From: an uncultured delta proteobacterium | GTDB lineage: Bacteria > Desulfobacterota > Desulfobacteria > Desulfobacterales > B30-G6 | Length of the DNA: 64,000 nt | Direction of reading: 5' to 3' | Assembly (NCBI GenBank): GCA_963823335.1 | Contig: CAWGLD010000006.1 | Location: 34,559-98,558 of the forward strand | Part shown: positions 1 through 9,387 of the stretch, piece after piece | Layout of the letters: each line of letters starts with the position of its first letter | Position numbering within the stretch: the stretch's first letter is position 1 | Program-made: the position numbers and the translations under genes | Notes under the pieces: generated by a model | Seen by the model: the letters and a program-made list of their open reading frames with translations, nothing else | Told to the model about the DNA's origin: nothing | Database searches by the model: none

Positions 1-1070
1 ATGACGCTATGCGCACCCGCCCCGATGGCTTTTGTGATGTCACCCGAGAATTTGATACCACCGTCGGCAATCAAAGGAACACCGCTTTTACTGGAGGCTG
101 ATCGGCAGTTCATGATGGCGGACACCTGCGGTACGCCGACACCGGCAACGATACGTGTGGTACAGATGGAACCGGGGCCGATGCCGATTTTGACACCGTC
201 AACACCCGCCCGGATCAAATCTTCCGCACCCTTGGCTGTTGCAACGTTTCCTGCAATGAGCTCGAGATTCACAAAGCGCTTTTTCAGTGTTTTTACTGCT
301 TGGATGACGTTTTCCGAGTGCCCATGAGAAGTATCGATGAGAATAATGTCGGCGCCTGCCCGCAACAGTTTTTCGGTTCGGTCTTCCATGTCCTCACCAA
401 CACCGATGGCGGCTCCCACACGAAGGCGACCCATCTTGTCTTTACAGGCATTGGGGTATTTCTTTATTTTTTCGATGTCCTTGATGGTGATCATGCCGGT
501 AAGACGACCAGCCTTGTCCACCACCAGAAGTTTTTCGATTCGATGTTCATGGAGCAGTCTTTTGGAATCTTCCAGAGAAATACCTTCCGAAACGGTAACG
601 AGATTTTCTTTTGTCATCACAGCGCTTATTTTTTTCTCCAGGTCGGTTTCAAATCGCAGGTCGCGGTTGGTTACGATGCCAACCAGTTTATCACCTTTGG
701 TAACCGGTACCCCGGAAATGCGATACTCTTTCATGAGCTTAAGAACTTCATGGACTTTCTGGTCAGGGGTTATGGTTACGGGATCGACAATCATGCCGCT
801 CTCCGACTTCTTGACACGATCAACTTCTGTCGCTTGTCTTTCAACGCTCATGTTACGATGGATAAATCCGATACCGCCTTCCCTGGCCATGGAGATGGAA
901 GCCCTTGCCTCGGTTACGGTATCCATGGCAGCACTTACGATGGGGATGTTCAGGGCGATATTGCGGGTTAAGCGTGTACTGATATTGACGTCTTTCGGTA
1001 ACAGATCAGAGTAGTTTGGAATCAGCAGAACGTCATCGAAAGAAAAAGATTCCTCGAGAGGTGTCATCAT
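1..1070 (-). CDS. guaB: IMP dehydrogenase, N-terminal ~356 codons (3' end lies beyond the window start)
   Basis: Absent from the supplied ORF track because it stays open to the window edge. My minus-strand translation from ATG 1070..1068 reads MMTPLEESFSFDDVLLIPNYSDLLPKDVNISTRLTRNIALNIPIVSAAMDTVTE... It has a tandem CBS region and the catalytic loop GIGPGSICTTR. GGAG RBS at 1077..1080 (rc). Confidence 0.9.
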   Translation of the reverse strand, partial: MMTPLEESFSFDDVLLIPNYSDLLPKDVNISTRLTRNIALNIPIVSAAMDTVTEARASISMAREGGIGFIHRNMSVERQATEVDRVKKSESGMIVDPVTITPDQKVHEVLKLMKEYRISGVPVTKGDKLVGIVTNRDLRFETDLEKKISAVMTKENLVTVSEGISLEDSKRLLHEHRIEKLLVVDKAGRLTGMITIKDIEKIKKYPNACKDKMGRLRVGAAIGVGEDMEDRTEKLLRAGADIILIDTSHGHSENVIQAVKTLKKRFVNLELIAGNVATAKGAEDLIRAGVDGVKIGIGPGSICTTRIVAGVGVPQVSAIMNCRSASSKSGVPLIADGGIKFSGDITKAIGAGAHSV

Positions 1071-1309
1071 GGGTAGCTCCTCCACAAGTTATTATGGTTG
1101 CCTAAGAGGGTGTATACACTATTTAGTGTATTCGAGTTTGAAATCGAATAGCAAATGGAACGATCTTTAGCAATCTTTTATTTCGCAGCTTGACAGGATA
1201 TAAGGCCCATAGTAAACATCTGCCGTTACAGATATCCATATCGTAAGTCAGAATGTCATAAAGCGCTAAAATGCTTTAATTCTGTCTCCTGATCCACAGG
1301 GTGTAAATA

Positions 1310-1918
1310 ATGCTGCTCAAGATCAATCCCATAAATCCCCAGGAAAGGCTTATCAGAAATGTCGTCGAACATTTGAAAAAAGGGGGCATCATCGCTTATC
1401 CAACCGATACGTTCTATGGCATCGGTTGTGATATCATGAATAAAAAGGCGATTGAACGCGTTTACCAGATCAAGCAGCGTCAGAAAAACAAACCTTTCAG
1501 TTTCATTTGTTCCAATCTGAAACATATCAGTCTCTATGCCAAGGTTTCCAACTATGCCTACCGAACCATGAAAAGACTTCTACCCGGACCCTATACATTT
1601 ATTCTGGAGGGTTCCAAGCTGGTGCCCAAGATAATGCTGACAAAAAGGAGAACAGCCGGTATTCGGGTCCCGGATCATCGAATATGTTTTTGCCTTACCG
1701 AAGCATTAGGAAATCCGATTTTGTCAACCAGTGCGACAAAACCCGATGGTGAGATTTTAATGGACCCCTCCCTGATCCATGACAGATTTAATTCCCAGCT
1801 TGATCTGGTCATCGACGGTGGTCCCACACCCGGTCTACCATCCAGTGTTATTTCGCTGATGGGTGATTATCCTGAAGTATTACGTGAAGGGTTAGGGGAT
1901 GTCAGTTCTCTGGAATAG
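1310..1918 (+). CDS. tsaC: L-threonylcarbamoyladenylate synthase (YrdC/TsaC/Sua5 family)
   Basis: 202 aa. YrdC-domain motifs GGIIAYPTDTFYGIGCD and LLPGPYTFIL. TAG stop. Confidence 0.8.
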   Translation: MLLKINPINPQERLIRNVVEHLKKGGIIAYPTDTFYGIGCDIMNKKAIERVYQIKQRQKNKPFSFICSNLKHISLYAKVSNYAYRTMKRLLPGPYTFILEGSKLVPKIMLTKRRTAGIRVPDHRICFCLTEALGNPILSTSATKPDGEILMDPSLIHDRFNSQLDLVIDGGPTPGLPSSVISLMGDYPEVLREGLGDVSSLE

Positions 1919-2825
1919 CGTCAGGGCTGTATAGATACCCGCCGAAAATATCTTGACGGGTCAGCCGGTTGACGAGGTCATGAAGGGTGGATTCCATGAC
2001 GTATTTGAGGAAAGAAAACTTTTCTTCTTTTTTGTAAACGGTGGAGATATTGCCCTGGATACCGCCCAGTCTACCCGCCCATTCTATGGCGTCTTCGAAA
2101 TTTCCAAGACGATCTACAAGACCCTGCTTTAGAGCTTCTTCTCCTGTATAGATGCGACCATCTGCAAGTGACTTGACACGATCGATATCCATGTCCCGGC
2201 CTTCGGCAATAGCCGTGACAAACTGTCCATGGGCTTGATCGACAAAAGCCTGCAACACCTCTTTTTCTTCCTTGCTCATATCCTTTGTAGGGGACCCCAT
2301 ATCCTTGAACGCGCCGCTTTTTATCACCACCGGGACCATACCGATTTTATCGAGAACAGCGCGAAAATTCGTGTAGGCCATTATAACACCAATGCTGCCG
2401 GTAATGGTACCTGGATTTGCGACAATCCCATTGGTTGCTGCAGCGATGTAATATCCCCCGGAAGCTGCAACAGATCCCATGGAGGCGATGACTTTCTTTG
2501 CTTGTGTTGTTTTACGAATTTCCCGGTAAATTTCCTGTGAGGGTCCGATGACCCCGCCGGGGGAGTCGATCCTGATGACAATCGATTTAATGTCATCGTT
2601 CTCTCGAAATCGTTTAATTAAGTTAAGCGTCTCTTTGGATTCTGTGATGACCCCCTGGATTTCAACTACACCGACTTGGCCGTCACCGGGTTCGATAATC
2701 AGGTCGGAGAATCCAGCGCGTTTTACGGTTGTTGTTACCAGCAACAGCAGACAGACAACGGCAATGGTGACCAGTGAGGAGAAGATTAGCAGTGCAAACA
2801 GATATGGGTGTCTTCTAGAAAACAT
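1902..2825 (-). CDS. sppA: signal peptide peptidase SppA (36K type)
   Basis: 307 aa. N-terminal TM helix. ClpP/crotonase-like motifs IRIDSPGG and MGSVAASGGYYIAAA. Confidence 0.85.
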   Translation of the reverse strand: MFSRRHPYLFALLIFSSLVTIAVVCLLLLVTTTVKRAGFSDLIIEPGDGQVGVVEIQGVITESKETLNLIKRFRENDDIKSIVIRIDSPGGVIGPSQEIYREIRKTTQAKKVIASMGSVAASGGYYIAAATNGIVANPGTITGSIGVIMAYTNFRAVLDKIGMVPVVIKSGAFKDMGSPTKDMSKEEKEVLQAFVDQAHGQFVTAIAEGRDMDIDRVKSLADGRIYTGEEALKQGLVDRLGNFEDAIEWAGRLGGIQGNISTVYKKEEKFSFLKYVMESTLHDLVNRLTRQDIFGGYLYSPDAIPEN

Positions 2826-2840
2826 GATTTTAAAGTAGAA

Positions 2841-2880
2841 ATTAGCATGCTGCAGCCCTGAGGGGCTGCAGCATGCTAAT
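2841..2880 (-). terminator. perfect 19-bp-stem hairpin between rpsA and sppA
   Basis: ATTAGCATGCTGCAGCCCC-tga-GGGGCTGCAGCATGCTAAT. It lies 50 nt downstream of the rpsA stop. No clear U-run, so it could be a terminator, an attenuator or a processing site. Confidence 0.5.
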
Positions 2881-2929
2881 TCGTTAATATAAGCGACAAG
2901 GTCGCGTCAGATAAGAGCGTGTAACGATT

Positions 2930-4762
2930 TTATTCGTCGTTGAGCTTATCTTGAAGATTTTCGCGCAGGATTTCACCGAAAGAGGAAGTAGCAGGACCGA
3001 TATTGTTTACATACTCGGTCAGCAATTCATGTTCATCCTCTATTTCCATCCTTTTAACAGAAAGGCCGATGCGGCGTTCTTCGCTGTTGATATTCATAAC
3101 CCGCGCGGTAATGACATCGCTGATGTTAAACATGCCTACGGGTGTTTTGATTTTTTCTTTACTGATTTCAGAAACATGAACGAGACCTTCGATGCCCTCT
3201 TCAAGTTCAACAAATATCCCGAAATCCGTAACATTGGTGATGGTGCCGGTGATTTCCTTGCCGACCCCGTAACGTTCGGCCACTGTCTCCCATGGATCGG
3301 CCTGAAGCTGTTTGATGCCCAATGAAAATCTTTCGTTATCCTTATCGATTTCGAGTACGATAGCCTGGATAACATCACTTTTTTGATACATTTCAGAGGG
3401 GTGCTTGATTCGTTTTGTCCAGGAGATATCCGATATATGAACCAGTCCATCGATGCCTTCATCGATTCCGACGAAAAGTCCAAAATCTGTAATGTTTTTA
3501 ATCTTGCCCTCGATGGTGGTTCCTACGGCATACTTTTCGCTGATAACATCCCAGGGATTGGGGGCTACCTGTTTCATGCCCAGTGAGATCCGTCTGCTTT
3601 CCGGCTTGATGTCTAAAACCACTGCTTCGACAATTTCTGCTACCGAAACAATTTTGGAAGGATGTCTTACTTTTCGGGTCCATGACATTTCCGATACATG
3701 AATCAGGCCTTCGATACCTTCTTCCAGTTCCACAAAGGCACCGTAGTCGGTGAGACTGACAATTTTTCCGGTGACTTTGGATCCTACGGCATATTTGTCT
3801 TTTGCCGTCAACCATGGATCTTCGGTCAATTGTTTCATGCCCAGGGATACCCGTTCCTTTTCCAGATCCAGGTTCAGCACTTTTACCGATATCTGATCCC
3901 CCATGGAAAAAAGTTCCGATGGGTGTTTTACCCTGCCCCATGAGATATCCGTGATATGAAGAAGACCATCGACACCACCCAGGTCAACAAATACACCATA
4001 TTCGGTAATGTTTTTTACAACACCATCAACAACCTTACCCTCTTCGATGGAAGCAAGCGTTGCCGCCCGTTTAGACTCACGTTCTTTTTCCAGGATAGCA
4101 CGTCGTGAAAGAACAATATTACTTCTTTTTCTATTATATTTCAATATCTTGAAATCATAGGCATTCCCGACCATATCGTCGAGATTCCGAATGGGTCGCA
4201 AGTCGGCCTGTGATCCGGGTAGAAAAGCCTGGACACCGATGTCCACCGAAAAACCGCCTTTTACGCGGTTCGTGATGGTACCTTCCACGGTTTCATCTGC
4301 ATCATGGGCCTTTTTGATCTCTTCCCAGACCTTTACCTTGGTGGCTTTTTCTTTTGACAGAACAACCACTTCATTCTCATCGTCCCACCATTCAACCATT
4401 ACTTCAACAGGATCATCAATGCTGGCCTTGATATTGCCGCTGTCATCCATGAACTCATTGATGTTGATCTGCCCCTCGGATTTATATCCTATATCAACCA
4501 GAACATGATCTTTGTCGATGGAAATGATGTGACCGATGACGACTTCACCCTCTGCAAAGCGTTTGAAGCTTTCTTCATACAGGTCCATCATGCTTTCCAT
4601 GTCGTCGTCTGCCAGCTGTTTGACATCGGACTCGGATACCTCTGGCGTCTCTTCAATGTCACCGTTTGGCGTGGAATCGGTTTCCAAATCACCCTTGTTG
4701 TTGCTTTCCGTTGAACTGTTGTTTGTAAGATCTTCCATTAATCGTGTTACCCCCTTAGCCAT
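2930..4762 (-). CDS. rpsA: 30S ribosomal protein S1 with an acidic N-terminal extension
   Basis: 610 aa. Six repeated S1 motifs (G.V..I..FG.FV.L..G..GL.H.SE.SW). Confidence 0.9.
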   Translation of the reverse strand: MAKGVTRLMEDLTNNSSTESNNKGDLETDSTPNGDIEETPEVSESDVKQLADDDMESMMDLYEESFKRFAEGEVVIGHIISIDKDHVLVDIGYKSEGQININEFMDDSGNIKASIDDPVEVMVEWWDDENEVVVLSKEKATKVKVWEEIKKAHDADETVEGTITNRVKGGFSVDIGVQAFLPGSQADLRPIRNLDDMVGNAYDFKILKYNRKRSNIVLSRRAILEKERESKRAATLASIEEGKVVDGVVKNITEYGVFVDLGGVDGLLHITDISWGRVKHPSELFSMGDQISVKVLNLDLEKERVSLGMKQLTEDPWLTAKDKYAVGSKVTGKIVSLTDYGAFVELEEGIEGLIHVSEMSWTRKVRHPSKIVSVAEIVEAVVLDIKPESRRISLGMKQVAPNPWDVISEKYAVGTTIEGKIKNITDFGLFVGIDEGIDGLVHISDISWTKRIKHPSEMYQKSDVIQAIVLEIDKDNERFSLGIKQLQADPWETVAERYGVGKEITGTITNVTDFGIFVELEEGIEGLVHVSEISKEKIKTPVGMFNISDVITARVMNINSEERRIGLSVKRMEIEDEHELLTEYVNNIGPATSSFGEILRENLQDKLNDE

Positions 4763-4880
4763 TTTTTATCGACTTTTTATAGCCGTACAAACCATTATAA
4801 TTAACAGACCTTATTTCATAAAACAATATTTAATTTCATTAATTTGTTCATTTGCAGAGAGAATAGGTGCTTTTTCCACA

Positions 4881-5579
4881 TTAAGAGGTCAAGATGTTGT
4901 TCAGCATCACCTGGACGACCTCTTCGGCGGAGAGATGGGAGGTATCGATGATAAGAGCATCTTCGGCCGGCTTTAACGGGGACAATTCCCTGCAACTGTC
5001 ATTGTGATCCCGGTTTTGCATATCCTCCTGGACCGATTCCAGGGTCTGGGCATGCTGGGTTTTCAGCTCGCCATATCGCCGTTGTGCCCTGATGCCAATC
5101 GCCGCCTCCAGATAAAACTTGACATCCGCCTCGGGAAATACCACCGTTCCCATGTCCCGGCCTTCGAAAACAACCGATTTCTTTTTCCCCATTTTTCTCT
5201 GAACATCCAGCAGGTGCTTTCTTACAGCAGGTATGGCCGATACAGCTGAGGCAAGCATCGTCACCTCTGGTGTTCTTATGTGATCGGTGATGTCTCTGTC
5301 ATTGGAAAAAATCCGTGACTGACCATCGACTTTGCGAAAGCATATGGAGAGATCCTGACACAGTTTTTGTATCGAACTATTATCTGTTGGTACAATGCCG
5401 GCTTTATCGACTTCATACGCAATACACCGGTATAGCGCCCCTGTGTCCACATATTGGTAATTGAGCTGTTCTGCAAGCAGACGGCTTACGGTTGTCTTTC
5501 CGGATCCGGCCGGCCCGTCAATGGTGATCAGCAGGGCCTTTTGGGGTTCATGGGATCTGATAGTTAGGTGTTCTGACAT
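4881..5579 (-). CDS. cmk: cytidylate kinase
   Basis: ITIDGPAGSGKTTVSRLLA and YVDTGALYR motifs. The track start at 5588 is TTG. ATG at 5579 (MSEHL...) is more likely and sits 2 nt downstream of the upstream stop. Confidence 0.9.
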   Translation of the reverse strand: MSEHLTIRSHEPQKALLITIDGPAGSGKTTVSRLLAEQLNYQYVDTGALYRCIAYEVDKAGIVPTDNSSIQKLCQDLSICFRKVDGQSRIFSNDRDITDHIRTPEVTMLASAVSAIPAVRKHLLDVQRKMGKKKSVVFEGRDMGTVVFPEADVKFYLEAAIGIRAQRRYGELKTQHAQTLESVQEDMQNRDHNDSCRELSPLKPAEDALIIDTSHLSAEEVVQVMLNNILTS

Positions 5580-5580
5580 G

Positions 5581-6123
5581 TCATTCAACGTCGCCGGCCG
5601 CTTTGATACCTTCTTCGACGGCTTTCATGTTCAAGGGGATCAGTTTTTTCTTGGCTGCAAATTCTTCTTCGATGGATGCTTTCAGGGCTTCTATGCTCAC
5701 CATGCCGCTTTTTGCCACAAAGGCCGCCAATGCGACGACATTGGCAGCTTTAACCGTTCCAAGATCCCTGGCGATTTCTATAACCGGGACGATCAATTCC
5801 CGGACATCATCACGACCGCTGGAAATGGAGATGAGTGAACCATTGATAAAGATAACTCCGCCAGGTTTGACGGTACTTGCGAATTTTTCCAGAGACGGAC
5901 GATTCATGGCAACCAGATGGGTAGGATTCTTGATTACGGGTGATCCAATGGGTTTATCGCTCACTACCACGGTGCAGTATGCGGTGCCACCCCTCATTTC
6001 CGGTCCATAGGAAGGAACCCACGACACTTCAAAACCCTCCTCCATTGCAGCATGAGCGAGAATTTTTCCCATAACCATGATACCTTGTCCACCAAAGCCG
6101 GCGAACTGTACTTCAGTCTGCAT
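5581..6123 (-). CDS. 2-oxoacid:ferredoxin oxidoreductase, gamma subunit
   Basis: 180 aa. FAGFGGQGIMVMGKIL and PSYGPEMRGG are typical of the POR/KOR gamma family. The substrate cannot be assigned from sequence. Confidence 0.8.
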   Translation of the reverse strand: MQTEVQFAGFGGQGIMVMGKILAHAAMEEGFEVSWVPSYGPEMRGGTAYCTVVVSDKPIGSPVIKNPTHLVAMNRPSLEKFASTVKPGGVIFINGSLISISSGRDDVRELIVPVIEIARDLGTVKAANVVALAAFVAKSGMVSIEALKASIEEEFAAKKKLIPLNMKAVEEGIKAAGDVE

Positions 6124-6193
6124 TGTTCCTCCTCTTTCTATACCGGTCGCCTTAACTATTCATGTTCAACCGCACATAACAAAATATGATAAG

Positions 6194-6240
6194 TTCTAAA
6201 TCCGAATATCGAAATACGAAACAAATCCAAATATCGAATG
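6194..6240. repeat. CGAAATACGAAAC-type intergenic repeat (copy 1), inside the oxidoreductase operon
   Basis: TTCTAAATCCGAATATCGAAATACGAAACAAATCCAAA matches the reverse complement of 63083..63120 almost base for base. Confidence 0.75.
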
Positions 6241-6261
6241 CTCAAATGACGGAATAAATGA

Positions 6262-7005
6262 TCAGGCCGCTTCCGGGGTCTTGTATTCACCCAAGGGATA
6301 ATAGGGCAACATGGTGTCTTCCGCCCATTTGATTGCATCAACCGGTGTCAAGCCCCAGTTGGTTGGACAGGTGCTGACCAGTTCCACCAGACTGAAGCAG
6401 CGCCCTTCCATCTGGTATTGAAAGGCCTGTTTGATGGCTTTTTTAGCCTTGACAATATGCTTGGGTTTCAAGACAGCCTGCCTGACGATATATGCGGGTG
6501 TCTGCAAAGCAGCAATCAGCTCCGCTACCTTGATGGGCATACCCACATCGTCAACATCACGACCGAAAGGTGATGTCGTTGTCCGCTGGTTCGGCATGCT
6601 TGTGGGGGCCATTTGCCCACCGGTCATTCCGTAAATAGCGTTGTTCACGAAAATAGTGGTGAATTTTTCTCCCCGGTTGGCGGCGTGGATGATTTCACCC
6701 ATGCCGATACTCGCCAGATCGCCGTCTCCCTGGTATGTAAATACCATGAGGTCCGGTCGGACCCGTTTAATGCCGGTAGCCATTGCCGGCGCCCGGCCGT
6801 GCGCCGCCTCTTGAAAATCGAATGTGAAGTAATTATATGCAAGTACGGCACAACCCACGGGAGCGATACCGACGGTACGCCCCCTGATACCCAATTCATC
6901 GATAACTTCCGCCACCAGTCTGTGAATGACACCATGTGTGCATCCCGGGCAGTAATGGGTTATCTGATCGGATAGTGCTTCGGGTTTTGTAAATGTTTTT
7001 CCCAT
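6262..7005 (-). CDS. 2-oxoacid:ferredoxin oxidoreductase, beta (TPP-binding) subunit
   Basis: 247 aa. CPGCTHG and GDGD....G..E motifs of the TPP-binding beta subunit. Confidence 0.85.
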   Translation of the reverse strand: MGKTFTKPEALSDQITHYCPGCTHGVIHRLVAEVIDELGIRGRTVGIAPVGCAVLAYNYFTFDFQEAAHGRAPAMATGIKRVRPDLMVFTYQGDGDLASIGMGEIIHAANRGEKFTTIFVNNAIYGMTGGQMAPTSMPNQRTTTSPFGRDVDDVGMPIKVAELIAALQTPAYIVRQAVLKPKHIVKAKKAIKQAFQYQMEGRCFSLVELVSTCPTNWGLTPVDAIKWAEDTMLPYYPLGEYKTPEAA

Positions 7006-7083
7006 AATGTCAACTCCTTTTGCAATACGGACAATCCGTCGATTGAAATCTGTCTGTATTCATTCCCGCAGGTATATGCGAAG

Positions 7084-8151
7084 TTATAGCAATGTGTGGA
7101 TAAATTCCGTCACTTCTTCCGGGGTGGGAACGTCACCTCCGCATTTGCCATACCAGTGAACAGGTCTTCTTCCCTGAACCGATATTTGAATATCTTCAAT
7201 CATCTGCCCCATGCTCATTTCAACACTCGCCACGGTCTTGCAGGATTTCTTTTCGGCGGCGGCCAAAACTTGCTTTTCCGGGAAGGGAAAGAGTGTCTGG
7301 GGCCTGACCATGCCTACTTCGATACCTTCATTTTTCAGATTGTCTATAGCTGTCCGGCACACACGACTCATGGTACCATAGCTGACGATGAGTACCTGGT
7401 AGTCTGTGTCGGTGTTGTAGGTTTCGAAGCGGACCTCCTCTCGTTTCATCTGGTCATATTTGGCCTTCAATGCCAGGTTGTGCTGATTGAGCGCTTCTGG
7501 ATCCAGAAAAAGTGATTTGACAAGATTCCGCTGACTACTGCCGCGGTGATCCATACCATTGGTTGCCCAGGTATCTTTGTTGGTGGCATCTGTTTTGAGA
7601 TCGTCGAAAAATTCAACGGGTTCCATCATTTGACCAATGAGTCCGTCTCCCAGAATCATGACCGGGTTTCTGTATTTTTCAGCCAGGGGAAATGCCTTCA
7701 TCACCATGGTTACGGCTTCCTGAACACTTGCCGGGGCCATGACCAGCAATCGAAAATCACCATGCCCCATGCCTTTGGTGGCCTGAAGGTAGTCTGCCTG
7801 TGATGGCAGGATTCCTCCCAGTCCCGGGCCGCCCCGCATAATATTGACAAAAACCGCAGGGCACTGAGCACCTGCTATATAGCTGATGCCCTCGCTCATA
7901 AGGCTGATTCCCGGGCTCGACGAGGTTGTGAAAACACGGGCGCCGGCAGCAGATGCGCCGAAAATCATATAAGAGACGGCCACTTCGCTTTCACCCTGCA
8001 GAAAAACCCCGCCCACCTCTTTCATCCTTCGGGCGAGATATTCAGCCACTTCCGATTGCGGTGTAATGGGATATGCAAAATAATTCAAGCATCCTGCCCG
8101 AATGGCCGCTTCTCCAATTGCTTCATTACCTTTCATTAAAACCTTAGCCAT
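7084..8151 (-). CDS. 2-oxoacid:ferredoxin oxidoreductase, alpha subunit
   Basis: MAKVLMKGNEAIGEAAIRAGC..YPITPQSE. Start moved to ATG 8151, which has a GGAGG RBS. The track start at 8190 would overlap the delta subunit gene. Confidence 0.85.
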   Translation of the reverse strand: MAKVLMKGNEAIGEAAIRAGCLNYFAYPITPQSEVAEYLARRMKEVGGVFLQGESEVAVSYMIFGASAAGARVFTTSSSPGISLMSEGISYIAGAQCPAVFVNIMRGGPGLGGILPSQADYLQATKGMGHGDFRLLVMAPASVQEAVTMVMKAFPLAEKYRNPVMILGDGLIGQMMEPVEFFDDLKTDATNKDTWATNGMDHRGSSQRNLVKSLFLDPEALNQHNLALKAKYDQMKREEVRFETYNTDTDYQVLIVSYGTMSRVCRTAIDNLKNEGIEVGMVRPQTLFPFPEKQVLAAAEKKSCKTVASVEMSMGQMIEDIQISVQGRRPVHWYGKCGGDVPTPEEVTEFIHTLL

Positions 8152-8170
8152 TTTGGTCCTCCGGATTTTC

Positions 8171-8398
8171 TCAATCGGTTGTATTCTCAACTGATTCTAC
8201 AATGGTTATGGCGACGTCCGGACACATTCGGCAACACGTTGCACAGAATATACAATCCTCGGGTCGTGCCTGATAGGCAGGAAAATAACCCTTGGGGCTG
8301 ACATCCGTGGCAATTTCCAGAACGTCTTTAGGACAGACGGTTACGCACAAAGCACATCCTTTGCAGCGTTCTTCATCGATTGAATACTGATAAGTCAT
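8171..8398 (-). CDS. 2-oxoacid:ferredoxin oxidoreductase, delta subunit (2x[4Fe-4S] ferredoxin)
   Basis: 75 aa with two clusters, CKGCALCVTVCP and CIFCATCCRMCP. Confidence 0.8.
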   Translation of the reverse strand: MTYQYSIDEERCKGCALCVTVCPKDVLEIATDVSPKGYFPAYQARPEDCIFCATCCRMCPDVAITIVESVENTTD

Positions 8399-8411
8399 CT
8401 TTCGAACTCCT

Positions 8412-9143
8412 TCATGTAAGGTCTTCAGCTTGCAGCCACGGGGGTACGAGCTGTCGTTTTATGGTCAGCAGAGGACATGAAAACCGGGTCATGTCGTTGG
8501 TCTTTTGGAGCGTATCCGGAACCGTGATGAATTCAACCGGCAAGCCGCTTTGGTCTGCCAGACGCAGAATAAAATCATATCCATGCCGGATGTGTTCCAT
8601 GGTTGTATCCTGCATCATGTTGGCATTGCTGACAATTCCGGTTATTTTCATCTTGGAAGTCATCTCGATCTCGGCTCGAATTTTTTCGCAACCTTTCAAC
8701 GTGTCGGTATACGGTCTGAAAGGGTTTACAACCTGAAGCACCTTTGTCCGCCTGCTTTTAAAGGACGCTGATAGTGCTGCAAGAACCGTTGCGCCTACGC
8801 CATCTCCCCCGACATCGAGTATGGCCAGAATGTTTTTTGTCCGAATCATTGCGGCGACACCCGGTGTGAGTATCGGCAAATCAGCCTTCATATAATGCTC
8901 CTGCGGCAGAATCACATCAATGCCGAGCATCCGCAGCTGCTTACGGGCCTCCCTGGTTCTGAAGTACGGATTTACCAGATCGAGATCAGCCACCTGAACG
9001 ACCTTTCCGGCCAGTTTTTCCATCACTGCCAGATTTATGGAAACCTCGGTCTTACCACTGCCGTAATTTCCGACAATGACAACGATATCGTTGTAATCGA
9101 TAAAATTTCTAGGGTCTTGATTCATGAGATACGGTCTTGCCAA
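8412..9143 (-). CDS. MinD/ParA/CooC-like P-loop NTPase of unknown role, first gene of the oxidoreductase operon
   Basis: 243 aa. Deviant Walker A VGNYGSGKTE and DLD..NP motif. 13-nt spacer to the delta subunit gene. Confidence 0.6.
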   Translation of the reverse strand: MARPYLMNQDPRNFIDYNDIVVIVGNYGSGKTEVSINLAVMEKLAGKVVQVADLDLVNPYFRTREARKQLRMLGIDVILPQEHYMKADLPILTPGVAAMIRTKNILAILDVGGDGVGATVLAALSASFKSRRTKVLQVVNPFRPYTDTLKGCEKIRAEIEMTSKMKITGIVSNANMMQDTTMEHIRHGYDFILRLADQSGLPVEFITVPDTLQKTNDMTRFSCPLLTIKRQLVPPWLQAEDLT

Positions 9144-9159
9144 ATATAAATGATCGGTG

Positions 9160-9183
9160 TTTTACCACAAAACAGTGGTAAAA
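9160..9183. promoter_or_regulatory. perfect 9-bp inverted repeat upstream of the P-loop/oxidoreductase operon
   Basis: TTTTACCAC-aaaaca-GTGGTAAAA, 17-40 nt upstream of the ATG at 9143. Candidate operator or 5' UTR hairpin. Confidence 0.3.
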
Positions 9184-9387
9184 TTCAAAAGACTCTCTTT
9201 CTTATTTTCAAATGCCTGGCGTGTCAAGGGTTTTAAAGAAGAAAACATTTTCTCTTTTTATATACTTTCTGCTATGTTAAGCTTTTCTAATTTCGGAAAA
9301 GACCCGTGCTTGCAATGAGGTTTCATCAAGGGAATTCTTTTGTCGACCATGCCTTTTAACGCAAACCCAACCACGGCTCTGTAAAGG

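Noticed and set aside
1-1014. Three + strand track ORFs (1..327, 300..971, 337..1014)
   Set aside because: They are antisense shadows of guaB, which reads cleanly on the minus strand with full IMPDH motifs. Their translations have no recognisable motifs.
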